Shown here one piece after another: positions 22,190 through 34,441 of a stretch of 64,000 bases of DNA (the first letter of the stretch is position 1; the number at the start of each line of letters is the position of its first letter). Under the pieces are notes generated by a model. That model saw only the letters and a program-made list of their open reading frames with translations. It ran no database searches and was not told the DNA's origin. This DNA is from Chloroflexota bacterium. GTDB taxonomy: Bacteria; Chloroflexota; Limnocylindria; QHBO01. The position numbers were made by a program, and so were the translations under genes. The stretch is taken from assembly GCA_003243965.1 (NCBI GenBank), contig QHBO01000043.1:34978-98977 (forward strand), read 5' to 3'.

Positions 22190-23503
22190 ATGCCAACCCG
22201 CCTCGTCAGCGCCGAACAGGCGCGGTGCTTTCTCGTCCGTCGCCAGCTGCTGGCACCGGCACGCGCGTTGCCACCCGTGCCGGGGTCCGTGCTGACGGTC
22301 GTCGACCGGCTCGGCTCGCTGCAGTTCGATCCGCTCGAGGTGCCCGGCGCACGGAACCATGACCTCGTGCTGCATGCCAGGATCGAGCGCTATCAGCGCG
22401 AATGGTGCGAGCGCTGGCTGTACGGCGACGGCGACGATCGGCGCCTGATCGAGATCTACAATAAGTCGCTCAACATCGTTCCGCTGGCTGAGCTGCCGGC
22501 CTACCGGATCGCGTGGGACCGTGCCGCGGCTCATTACCGCGAACGCCTCCTCTCCGAGCACGCGGAGCTCGCCCGGCGCATCGTTGACGAGATCGCCGCG
22601 AGTGGGCCGCTGTCGACCGCGGCGTTTCGCGATGTCCGCCATCGGATCGAGTGGTGGTGGGCAGAGACGCCGGCAGCGCGCGCGGTGATGGAGGCCCTGT
22701 TCGTCACCGGGCGCCTGGGACTCGCCCGCCGAGACGGAAACCGGCGCCACTACGACCTCATCGAGCGCATCGTGCCGCCCGAGCTGCTCGCGACCCGGCT
22801 GCCGGAGGCCGACGCGCTGCGACATACGCTGATGAGCCGCCACCGTGCGGTCGGGCTGCTGGGCGTCGGCGGCGGCTCCGAGCTGACGACCGGGACAGGG
22901 AGTGCGGCTGACCGTCGACGGATGACCGCCGAGCTGGTGGAGGCCGGAAGGCTCACGCCGGTCGAGGTCGAGGGACTGCGCGAGGTGCGGTACGTGCTCA
23001 CCGATGAGCTCGCGCTGCTCGATGCGAGCGCAGCATCCATCGCGCCGAGCGAGGCGTCGGTGGCCTTCATCGGTCCGCTGGATCCGCTGATGTGGGACCG
23101 TCGGCTGGTGCATCGGCTGCTGGGGTTCCAGTACACCTGGGAGGTCTACACCCCCCTCGCCCGCCGGCGCCACGGCTATTACGTGCTGCCGATCCTGTTT
23201 GGCGATCGACTGGTGGGCCGATTCGAGCCCCGCTTCGACCGGCGGACCGCTTCACTCGCGATCCTGGGAATCTGGTTCGAGCCTGCCTATGCGCCGATGG
23301 AGGACGAGGCGTTCCTGCCCGCCCTAGCCCAGGCGCTGGACGCGTATGCCACGTTCGTCGGCGCGCGGCGCGTCACCTGGCCCCGGACCCGCCCCGGACG
23401 TGACCTCGGCGGGGCGCTGCGACGGGCACGCTCGACGCACCGACGCAGTCAGTCGCGAAAATCGACCACCAGCGGAGCGTGGTCGGAGGGCGCTCCGGGA
23501 TAG
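22190..23503 (+). CDS. Winged-helix DNA-binding protein of the YcaQ/AlkZ family (putative interstrand-crosslink DNA glycosylase)
   Basis: The N-terminus AEQARCFLVRRQLL...VVDRLGSLQFDPLEVPGARNHDLVLHARI and the later RRHGYYVLPIL are characteristic of YcaQ (DUF1006). The last ~45 codons overlap the xthA 3' end on the opposite strand. Confidence 0.75.
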   Translation: MPTRLVSAEQARCFLVRRQLLAPARALPPVPGSVLTVVDRLGSLQFDPLEVPGARNHDLVLHARIERYQREWCERWLYGDGDDRRLIEIYNKSLNIVPLAELPAYRIAWDRAAAHYRERLLSEHAELARRIVDEIAASGPLSTAAFRDVRHRIEWWWAETPAARAVMEALFVTGRLGLARRDGNRRHYDLIERIVPPELLATRLPEADALRHTLMSRHRAVGLLGVGGGSELTTGTGSAADRRRMTAELVEAGRLTPVEVEGLREVRYVLTDELALLDASAASIAPSEASVAFIGPLDPLMWDRRLVHRLLGFQYTWEVYTPLARRRHGYYVLPILFGDRLVGRFEPRFDRRTASLAILGIWFEPAYAPMEDEAFLPALAQALDAYATFVGARRVTWPRTRPGRDLGGALRRARSTHRRSQSRKSTTSGAWSEGAPG

Positions 23504-24240
23504 GTCGACGGCTTGCGAGCCTCCCGGTCCCGCTCCGCGGCCACCGCCCGCGCCGCGAGCGGCTTGGTCACGTACACGTGGTCGATCCGCATCCCGATGT
23601 TCTTGTGAAAGTTTCCCGCGCGGTAGTCCCACCACGTGTAAAGGCCGGCCTCGGGATGGAAGCGCCGCACCGCATCCACCAGCCCCCAGGCGCGCAGGCG
23701 GGCGACCGCCTCCCGCTCGGCGGGCGAGACGTGCGTCGCGCCATGCACGGCGGCCGCATCCCACACGTCGCGATCCTCGGGCGCGACGTTGAAATCGCCA
23801 CACAGCGCGAGCTGCGACTGGGGATCGCAGCTCTCGCGCAGCCAGCGTTCCAGCCGATCGAGCCACGCGAGCTTGGCCGCGTAGAACTCGGTGCCCACCT
23901 CGCGGCCATTGGGCACATAGATGCTCACCACCCGGACGCCTGCGCAGGTCGCCGCCACGAGCCGTCCGCCGTCATCGGTCCAACCGTCCGGCGCCGGTCC
24001 CAGCCCGCCGGTCACCGCCTCCAGGCCCACGCGCGATGCGATGGCCACTCCGTTCCACTGGCCAAGCCCGTGGTGGGCAACCTCGTAGCCCAGCTCTCGG
24101 AAGGCGAGCGCCGGCACCGCGCTGTCGGTCAGCTTCGTTTCCTGCATGCACACCACGTCCGGCTCGACGGCCGCGATCCACTGCAGCACGCGGTCGAGCC
24201 GGGCCTTCAGGGAGTTCACGTTCCAGGTTGCCAATCTCAT
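23449..24240 (-). CDS. xthA: Exodeoxyribonuclease III (AP endonuclease)
   Basis: MRLATWNVNSLKARL..., CMQETK, and the C-terminal SDHAPLVVDF are the ExoIII/EEP family pattern. Confidence 0.92.
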   Translation of the reverse strand: MRLATWNVNSLKARLDRVLQWIAAVEPDVVCMQETKLTDSAVPALAFRELGYEVAHHGLGQWNGVAIASRVGLEAVTGGLGPAPDGWTDDGGRLVAATCAGVRVVSIYVPNGREVGTEFYAAKLAWLDRLERWLRESCDPQSQLALCGDFNVAPEDRDVWDAAAVHGATHVSPAEREAVARLRAWGLVDAVRRFHPEAGLYTWWDYRAGNFHKNIGMRIDHVYVTKPLAARAVAAERDREARKPSTYPGAPSDHAPLVVDFRD

Positions 24241-24247
24241 TCAGGCG

Positions 24248-24253
24248 AATGTA
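24248..24253 (-). promoter_or_regulatory. Candidate -10 box (TACATT) 7 nt upstream of the xthA ATG (leaderless-type)
   Basis: Minus strand reads TACATT cgcctga ATG, with no SD. Confidence 0.35.
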
Positions 24254-24332
24254 GCCCAACCCGCCATACTCGCTCGAGACCAGGCGGTCCCCGAGGCGCT
24301 CACCCCACACGCTCACATCCGATGAGGTACCG

Positions 24333-24734
24333 ATGCTGCGCGAATTTCGTGATTTCATCATGCGGGGCAACGTCATCGACCTCGCGGTCGGGATCGTGAT
24401 CGGCGCAGCCTTCAGCTCGGTGATCACCTCGTTCGTCACCAACGTGCTCACGCCACTGACCGGCATCTTCGGAGCGCCGAACTTCGACGCGCTCCAGATG
24501 CACGTCGGCTCAGCCACCGTCCACTACGGCCTCTTCCTCAATGCGCTGCTGAGCTTCGTGCTGATTGCGGCGGCACTCTTCTTCGTGGTCGTCAAGCCGA
24601 TGAATGCGATCGAGCGGCGGCGACAGGCGCGCGAGGATCAGCCCCAGCCCACCACCAAGACCTGCTCGGAGTGCGCGAGCAGCATCCCGCGCACCGCTCG
24701 GCGCTGCCCGTTCTGCACCCAGCCGCAGGAGTAG
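24333..24734 (+). CDS. mscL: Large-conductance mechanosensitive channel MscL with a C-terminal zinc-ribbon tail
   Basis: MLREFRDFIMRGNVIDLAVGIVIGAAF plus TM2. The C-terminus is KTCSECASSIPRTARRCPFCTQPQE (CxxC-N12-CxxC). GAGG RBS. Confidence 0.9.
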   Translation: MLREFRDFIMRGNVIDLAVGIVIGAAFSSVITSFVTNVLTPLTGIFGAPNFDALQMHVGSATVHYGLFLNALLSFVLIAAALFFVVVKPMNAIERRRQAREDQPQPTTKTCSECASSIPRTARRCPFCTQPQE

Positions 24735-24789
24735 CCGCCGCGGCCGGGCCACCCGTGGCTCGACCCCCGGCCGACGGCGCGGAGGAGGC

Positions 24790-26709
<1,920 letters not shown>

Positions 26710-26712
26710 GGA

Positions 26713-27309
26713 TCAGTGCTCCTTCGGGTTGTTCGCGACCTTGACGAGCGCCGGGCGGAGGACCCGGTCGTGGAGCCGATAGCCCCGCTGCAGCTCGTCG
26801 ATCACCTGGTTGTCGGGATGGTCTGCGGTCTCCTCGTGGACGACCGCCTCGTGGAGATTGGGATCGAATGGCTGGCCCTGTGCCTCGATCGGAGTCACGC
26901 CCTCCGACTCCAGGAGGTTCCGCAGCTTGCGCTCGACGAGGCGCACGCCGTCGACCCACGCCTCGTGGGCGTCCGCGGGCACGCTGGCCAGCGCCCGGTC
27001 GAAGTCGTCGAGCACCGCGAGCAGCTTGTCGATCAGCAGCGCGTTGCTGAACTGGACGACGCTCCCTCGCTCCTCCTCGGTGCGCCGGCGAAAGTTCGAG
27101 AGGTCGGCAGCGGTGCGCTGCCAGCTGCGCAGGTTCTCCTCGGCGCGGTCGCGGGCCGCTGCCAGCTCGCGCTCGAGGGTGTCGATCCGCTCGGCCAGCT
27201 CGCTGCGGGTCGGGGTCGGGATGGAGTCGGCGCGCTCTTCCGCGCGGGTGCGCGGCCGAACACCACCATTCGTCGGGTTATCAGTCATGGGTCTCGCCAT
27301 AGTGCGCAT
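26713..27309 (-). CDS. grpE: Nucleotide exchange factor GrpE
   Basis: Coiled-coil N-terminal half and the C-terminal GYRLHDRVLRPALVKV. Three in-frame ATGs are possible (27309, 27300, 27288), and all overlap or abut the hrcA stop (27281). Confidence 0.9.
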   Translation of the reverse strand: MRTMARPMTDNPTNGGVRPRTRAEERADSIPTPTRSELAERIDTLERELAAARDRAEENLRSWQRTAADLSNFRRRTEEERGSVVQFSNALLIDKLLAVLDDFDRALASVPADAHEAWVDGVRLVERKLRNLLESEGVTPIEAQGQPFDPNLHEAVVHEETADHPDNQVIDELQRGYRLHDRVLRPALVKVANNPKEH

Positions 27310-28390
27310 TGATCAGCTCATCGAGGAGCGCCGACAGGTAGCGGACGGTCGGGATCGCGCGGGGGTACGGCATTCGCGTCGGTCCCACCACACCCAGCAA
27401 GCCGAGTGCCCGATCGGGTGCGCCGTAGGGGGCGAAGATGAGGCTGACCTCCTGCATCGCGTCGTTGCTGTTCTCGCGACCGATGATCACGTGCACGCCA
27501 CCACCCCGGGTCACCACCGGGATGAGCTGTTCCAGGAAGTCGCTCCGCCGCAGCACCTCGAGGACCGTCCGCAGCTTGCTGCCCTCGGCGAACTCGGGCT
27601 GCTCGAGCACGTTGACGATCCCGTCGGTGACGACCTCTTCGACCGTCAGCGAGTCGGCATCCTCCAGCACCTGGACGATCATCTCCGCGACGTGCGCGGC
27701 GAGCAGCGAGAGGCGCAGGCGGCGACGGCGGACCTGCGGCGCGGCCAGGCCGCTCAGTTCCACGTTGAGCTCGCGTGCCACGGCATCAAGCTCCGGCTGG
27801 GCGATGCGCGCCCCGGGCAGCTGCCGATCCAGCGCCGACCGATCGAGGCGCCGCTGCACGACGTTCCCGTCGGCAAGCACCAGCACCGCCAGGCGGGCTC
27901 CATCGGGCAGCTCCACGAGCTGGATGTGGCCGTAGCGGGCGCGCCGCGCCCGGGCGGGTGTCACGACCGATGCGGACCGTGTGCTGGCCGCGAGGATCGA
28001 GGCCGTCAGCCGCAGCCACTCGTTGCTCGTCAGGGCCACCTGGCTGAACTGGTGGCGGATCATCATCCGATCCGAGCGGTTCAGCTCCGCCTCGTGCATC
28101 AGCGACTCGACGTACACGCGATAGCCGAGGTCCGAGGGAAGGCGTCCGGCGCTGGTGTGCGGGTGGCTGAGCAGACCAAGCGCCTCAAGCTCCGCCATCG
28201 CGCTGCGGATCGTCGCCGGGGAGACACCGAACCCGTAGCGTCCGACGAGGCCCTTGGAGCCGACCGGCGTCGCGGTCAGCAGGTGGTCCTCGACCACGGC
28301 GCGCAGCACCGACTGCTGGCGCTCGGTCAGCACGAACGCCGGCCGGCGCGGATGACCCAGGTTTGCCTGCACTCTCTGTTCGCCGACCAT
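27281..28390 (-). CDS. hrcA: Heat-inducible transcription repressor HrcA (369 aa)
   Basis: LTERQQSVLRAVVEDHLLTATPVGSKGL...ATIRSAMAELEALGLLSHPHTSAGRLPS. Start is ATG 28390 (GGAG upstream). The 521-aa track ORF extension overlaps hemW. Confidence 0.92.
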   Translation of the reverse strand: MVGEQRVQANLGHPRRPAFVLTERQQSVLRAVVEDHLLTATPVGSKGLVGRYGFGVSPATIRSAMAELEALGLLSHPHTSAGRLPSDLGYRVYVESLMHEAELNRSDRMMIRHQFSQVALTSNEWLRLTASILAASTRSASVVTPARARRARYGHIQLVELPDGARLAVLVLADGNVVQRRLDRSALDRQLPGARIAQPELDAVARELNVELSGLAAPQVRRRRLRLSLLAAHVAEMIVQVLEDADSLTVEEVVTDGIVNVLEQPEFAEGSKLRTVLEVLRRSDFLEQLIPVVTRGGGVHVIIGRENSNDAMQEVSLIFAPYGAPDRALGLLGVVGPTRMPYPRAIPTVRYLSALLDELINAHYGETHD

Positions 28391-28430
28391 CCACCAGCTC
28401 CGGAAGGGAGGACGAGCTTTCGATCCTCCG

Positions 28431-28457
28431 TTAGCACTCAATGGTTGAGAGTGCCAA
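28431..28457. promoter_or_regulatory. CIRCE operator (TTAGCACTC-N9-GAGTGCCAA) in the hrcA leader
   Basis: Read directly as ttagcactc aatggttga gagtgccaa. It matches the consensus TTAGCACTC-N9-GAGTGCTAA at 17 of 18 repeat positions. Confidence 0.9.
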
Positions 28458-28471
28458 TCTCGTAGGCGCCT

Positions 28472-28501
28472 ATGGTAGGCAACCGGCCTGACCGATGTCA
28501 A
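28472..28501 (-). promoter_or_regulatory. Promoter of hrcA-grpE-dnaK (TTGACA-N18-TACCAT)
   Basis: Minus strand has TTGACA (28501..28496, overlapping the hemW stop), an 18-nt spacer, and TACCAT (28477..28472). CIRCE starts 15 nt downstream of the -10 box, the classic arrangement. Confidence 0.6.
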
Positions 28502-29691
28502 CGCGCGGCAAGCAGGCCGTTCGCCTCGTCCGCGGCCGGGGTCAGAAACGGCAGTAGTGCCTCGCTGGCGAGCAGACGGCCCCGAGCGCTGAGGCGCAGC
28601 GACCTGTCGGTCAGCTCGATCAGCCCGGCACGCCGACCGGCATCGACCGCAGCGGGAAAGCGCTCGATGGGGTCGACCCCGAACTCCGCGGTGAAGGCGC
28701 GCCGGCTGAGTCCCGAGACGAAGCGCATGCCGAGCGCCACCGCCTCGAAGGCACGGGTCGGCGCATCGAGCGTCTCGTGACCCGCCGTCGGCCGCTCGCT
28801 GGCCTCGACGTGCTCCATGTAGCGATCGAGGCTCCGCACGTTCCACGAGCGCAACTCGCCGTCAAAGGAGTGCGCCCCGGCCCCGAGGCCGAGATATGGC
28901 ACCCGGCGCCAATAGGCGGCGTTGTGCCGCGACTCGCGCCCGGGGGCGGCCCACGAAGAGAGCTCATAGTGACGGTAGCCCGATTCCGCCAGCAGCTCCT
29001 CGGCGAGCCGATACTGGTCAGCGGCCAGGTCGTCGTCCTGACGCGCCGCGAGCCGACGGCGCCATCGCAGCGCCCCGCCGCGCGGTGCGGCGGCCCACTC
29101 GTCGGGCTCGAGCACCAGCTGGAGCGCGTACAGCGAGAGGTGATCCGGCTCGAGGGCGACCGCCGCGCGCAGGGTGGCGCGCCAGTCGTCGAGTGACTGG
29201 CCCGGAATCCCATACATCAGGTCGATGCTCACGTTCTCGAACCCCGCGACGCGCGCCGCACGATACGCCGCCCGTGCCTCCTCCGCGGTGTGCCCCCGCG
29301 CGAGCGCAACGAGGTCTTCGTTCCGCAGCGACTGCACGCCCAGCGAGATGCGGTTCACGCCCGCGGCCCGCAGCCCCGACCAGTCGGGCATTTCCCGCTC
29401 GCTGGGGTTGGCCTCCAGGGTGACCTCGTCAGGCCGCGCGCCCCAGTGGTCGACGGCGCCGTCGATCAGTGCCTCGATCATCGGGGCCGCGACCAGCGAG
29501 GGAGTTCCGCCACCGAAGTAGATCGTCGCCAGCCGTCCCGGGACGGCTCGCATCGCCAACTCGCGATGCAGCGCGGCGACGTACCGGGGAATCTCGGCGG
29601 CGCGGCCAGCGATGGTGGCGAAGTCGCAGTAGGCGCACACCAGCCGGCAGAACGGGACGTGAATGTACAGGTGCTGCGCTCCGGTGGCCAT
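28498..29691 (-). CDS. hemW: Radical SAM heme chaperone HemW (coproporphyrinogen III oxidase-like)
   Basis: LYIHVPFCRLVCAYCDF (CxxxCxxC), the HemN-like body, and the conserved lepA-hemW-hrcA position. Confidence 0.88.
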   Translation of the reverse strand: MATGAQHLYIHVPFCRLVCAYCDFATIAGRAAEIPRYVAALHRELAMRAVPGRLATIYFGGGTPSLVAAPMIEALIDGAVDHWGARPDEVTLEANPSEREMPDWSGLRAAGVNRISLGVQSLRNEDLVALARGHTAEEARAAYRAARVAGFENVSIDLMYGIPGQSLDDWRATLRAAVALEPDHLSLYALQLVLEPDEWAAAPRGGALRWRRRLAARQDDDLAADQYRLAEELLAESGYRHYELSSWAAPGRESRHNAAYWRRVPYLGLGAGAHSFDGELRSWNVRSLDRYMEHVEASERPTAGHETLDAPTRAFEAVALGMRFVSGLSRRAFTAEFGVDPIERFPAAVDAGRRAGLIELTDRSLRLSARGRLLASEALLPFLTPAADEANGLLAAR

Positions 29692-29699
29692 CGGTCTCG

Positions 29700-29705
29700 A
29701 GCCTA
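29700..29705 (-). promoter_or_regulatory. Candidate -10 box (TAGGCT) 8 nt upstream of the hemW ATG (leaderless-type)
   Basis: Minus strand reads TAGGCT cgagaccg ATG, with no SD. Confidence 0.3.
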
Positions 29706-29779
29706 CACCTCGCGCCGCCCCGGGCGGCGGGTAGGGAAATCCGCGGTGCCACGGGCCAGCATCTTCAGCGATCGCCGCC

Positions 29780-30438
29780 TCAGATGGGGCGCTGGCGCAG
29801 CCGTCCGCCGGCGAATGCGAAGAAGCTCATGGTCACCGCAAAGTGCCCCACCACGGCGGGGATCACCGAGCCGGTGGTGATCGTCGCCAGCCCGGCGGCG
29901 TACCCGAGGATCACCGAGCCGATCAGGAAATACCAGTCCCGCTCCTGCCAAAGGCGCCGATGGGCGAGCCCGTAGACCAGTGCCTGGACCAGGACCGCGA
30001 CGCCGGCGGAGAGGCCGGCGAAGATCAGCATCCCCAGCACGATGGAGCGGAACTGGAGCTCCTCGCTGATCGCGTTGGCGGCTGCCCCGACGACACGGTT
30101 GGGGAGGAGCTGGGATGGCAGGGGCAGGATCCCCCCGAAGCGCAGGTAGGCGAGCACCGCGGCGTTGATGAGGGCCACCACCACGAAGGCGAGCATCACC
30201 GGCAGGAGCGTCCCCGGCTGCCCACCCTGGAGGAACAGCTGCGCGCGTCCGCGGGGGATGATCAGCGCGATGCCGGCCGCGAACAGCAGCACCAGGGCGT
30301 AGTAGCTCAGCGGGCCGAGCCAGGTCGAGCGGTAGCGGAAGTAGTCGGAGCGCACGATCCGGTCGGAGTCGAACCGGAGCAGGACCATGAACAGGGTCAG
30401 CCCCAGCGCGATCGCCAGGCGCAGCGATTCGAGGAAGC

Positions 30439-30442
<4 letters not shown>
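29780..30442 (-). CDS. CPBP family intramembrane glutamic endopeptidase (CAAX protease-like, 220 aa)
   Basis: Multi-TM protein with SEELQFRS (the EExxxR motif), YGLAHRR and VVGHFAV. Start is GTG 30442, overlapping the lepA stop (GTGA). Confidence 0.7.
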
Positions 30443-32313
<1,871 letters not shown>

Positions 32314-32331
32314 CCCGCGGGGCAGCTGGGT

Positions 32332-34176
32332 TCAGCGACCCGGCGCCGGACCTCCGACCAGGGTGATGCCGGTGACCCGCTGGTACGCGCTGAAGTAGGT
32401 GTCGAAGTGGAGCACGCGGCCGGTGGTCGCATCGCGAACGGTCCGCGAGACGACCGCATCGAAGCCGTCATGCGGGTATTCAACCCGCTGTCGGACACCG
32501 GTCGGCAGCGCGCTGGTGTACTGGACGGTATCGGTCGAGCTGGTGCGGTGGCTGATCACTGGCGACGAGAAGGAGACGATCCGGTTCGTGGGCAGCCCCC
32601 ACAGGTCGAAGCGCACGAAGCCGGGGCCGGTGAGGCTGCGGATCATGATCGGACCGGCGGTGTCGTTCTGGAAGGACATCGTCTGCGACCATCCGTCGGC
32701 TTGGATGACGGTGGCGTCCAGCCCCAGCGGGTAGCGGTCGATGTAGTAGTAGTGGTTGGCGCGCGCTCCCATGTTCAGGCCCGCGCGCAGCGCCGCGTTG
32801 AAAAGGGTCGTGGAGGTCGAGCAGATGCCGCCGGCCAGGGCGCCGCCCTTCACGCTGCGGCCGCCGATGATCGCGCCGCCCCAGGTGTAGCCGCGCGTCT
32901 CGGTGACCGGGCCGATGTCGCGCCAGAAGTCCAGCCACTCACCGGGCGCGAGCACCTTGCCGTCGAGGTCCTGGGCAGGAATGCTGATGTTCGCGCCCCA
33001 GCCGTTGCCTTCGCTGCTGAAGTAGTAGGTGGTCCACGAGCCGATGAGCTGGAGCTGCCCGAAGGCGGCCTTTGCCGCTTCCGTGCTGAGCGCGGGCTGG
33101 GTGACCGTCACACCCAGCGCCACAAGGCCCGGGTTGCCGCCGCCCGCTCGCTGCTTGAGCGCGGCCAGCGCGGCGGCGGTCGTGCGATCGACGTCGAGCT
33201 TCCTGCCGGTGAGGCTGGGGACCACCCCGCTGACGCCGGTGCTGGTGATGCCGTAGGTGGCGTTCCGGGGCGCGCGGTTGACGGTCGTCGCCAGCCGGGC
33301 GATCAGCGACCGCACCCCGGCGGCGTCCACGCGCGCCCGCAGCGCCCCGCCGTCGGTCGGCCCAAAGGTGATCGCCGAGCGCAGGGCAGCGGCGGCCACC
33401 CGAAACGTGTCGTGCCCGTCGCTGAGGACGAGCGGCGTCACGGCCATGGCCCGCGCCGCCTCGGCGGCGGCAATCGCATCCGCGGTGCTGACCGAGGGCT
33501 GCTGGACGGCGGCTGACAGCGTCACCGGCTGCCGTGGCGTATCGGCGGCGAGGGCCGCCACCAGGGCGCCGCGCAGGGCCGCCGGGTCGAGCCGCAGGCC
33601 GGGCTGGGCCGGCGTCACGATGTAGGTGCCCCTGGGCGAGACGGCGACATTCGCGTCGACCGCGGGCCGGGAATGGCTGGACACCGTCGAGGTCACCAGC
33701 CTGTCGAGCGCCACGGCGTCGGCGGCCTGGATGACCGGCTCGATGGAGGCGATGCCGGCGGCGGCGCGGAGGCGGTCCAGCGCGTCGTCGAGTGGATTGC
33801 CGCTGCGTCCGACGGCCAGGCCGGCGGCCACGCTGGCCGCGTAGTCGTAGCGGCGTCCAAGCTCTCCAAAGCCGATCCGTCGCTGGGTACCGTCCACGAC
33901 GAGGAGCAGCGAACCGGTCTCGATCGATGGCAGCGCGCTCCGCAGCCGCGCCACGGCCGCCTCGCGATCGAGCCCGCCGATGTCGACGCCGGCGACCCGG
34001 ACTCCCGGCATCGCGCGGCCGCCGGCCATGACGCCGATCGCCACCGATGCCGCCGCCAGGGCGAGCAGGGCCAACAGCATGCCGACCGCGAAGCCGGCGA
34101 GGCCGGCACGCAACACCCGGCGCGGGCTGGGGTGAGCCGCTGCACGGGGCAGCGAAACGCTGCCGATCGACGCCAT
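32332..34176 (-). CDS. VanW family protein (membrane-anchored, about 614 aa)
   Basis: N-terminal TM (GLAGFAVGMLLALLALAAASVAIGV) and a C-terminal VanW core (GGICSTSTTLFNAALRAGL...DRYPLGLDATV). Start chosen at ATG 34176; earlier in-frame starts up to 34407 are not excluded. Confidence 0.75.
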   Translation of the reverse strand: MASIGSVSLPRAAAHPSPRRVLRAGLAGFAVGMLLALLALAAASVAIGVMAGGRAMPGVRVAGVDIGGLDREAAVARLRSALPSIETGSLLLVVDGTQRRIGFGELGRRYDYAASVAAGLAVGRSGNPLDDALDRLRAAAGIASIEPVIQAADAVALDRLVTSTVSSHSRPAVDANVAVSPRGTYIVTPAQPGLRLDPAALRGALVAALAADTPRQPVTLSAAVQQPSVSTADAIAAAEAARAMAVTPLVLSDGHDTFRVAAAALRSAITFGPTDGGALRARVDAAGVRSLIARLATTVNRAPRNATYGITSTGVSGVVPSLTGRKLDVDRTTAAALAALKQRAGGGNPGLVALGVTVTQPALSTEAAKAAFGQLQLIGSWTTYYFSSEGNGWGANISIPAQDLDGKVLAPGEWLDFWRDIGPVTETRGYTWGGAIIGGRSVKGGALAGGICSTSTTLFNAALRAGLNMGARANHYYYIDRYPLGLDATVIQADGWSQTMSFQNDTAGPIMIRSLTGPGFVRFDLWGLPTNRIVSFSSPVISHRTSSTDTVQYTSALPTGVRQRVEYPHDGFDAVVSRTVRDATTGRVLHFDTYFSAYQRVTGITLVGGPAPGR

Positions 34177-34342
34177 CTCAGCCGGGCCTGCGTCCCGAGT
34201 TTGCGCGAAGTTGCAATCCGTTTCCGGCAGGCACTGCCGGCCCTCCCTGGATGCCCATCCCGGGCGTGATTCGGCGGCCGGGCGATCGGCGCGCCTGCGC
34301 ATTCTGACCATCCCTGGCCCCGCTGTCGAGTCCCCTTCGTGG

Positions 34343-34371
34343 TTTGCGGCTTGGCAGCCCGATGCTATACT
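34343..34371 (+). promoter_or_regulatory. Candidate rpsT promoter (TTTGCG-N17-TATACT, with TG at -15/-14)
   Basis: Read directly as tttgcg (34343-48) ... tgc tatact (34363-71). It gives a ~65-nt leader that contains a GAGGA RBS. Confidence 0.45.
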
Positions 34372-34441
34372 CGCCCGCCGATGCGCCTCCTCGTGACGGC
34401 GCGTCATTTCGTGCTCAGACCAACGCCCTCGAGGACCCCAC

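Noticed and set aside
22103-23173. 356-aa minus-strand track ORF
   Set aside because: Antisense to the YcaQ-family gene, whose N-terminal motifs are clear. The ORF would also run through the CIRCE/promoter spacer.
28391-28846. N-terminal extensions of track ORFs: hrcA to 28846, and likewise apt to 2022, the GNAT to 5622, pth to 9555, rpsU to 15851, HIT to 19514, CPBP to 30583, pgk to 37548, nucleoside phosphorylase to 41026, LTD protein to 43896, carB to 47948, PRC-barrel protein to 62864 and the 84-aa protein to 63165
   Set aside because: Each extension overlaps the upstream gene, is Arg/Pro/Gly-rich and lacks homology to the family N-terminus. Better starts exist, with an RBS, a GTGA/ATGA overlap or a leaderless -10 box.
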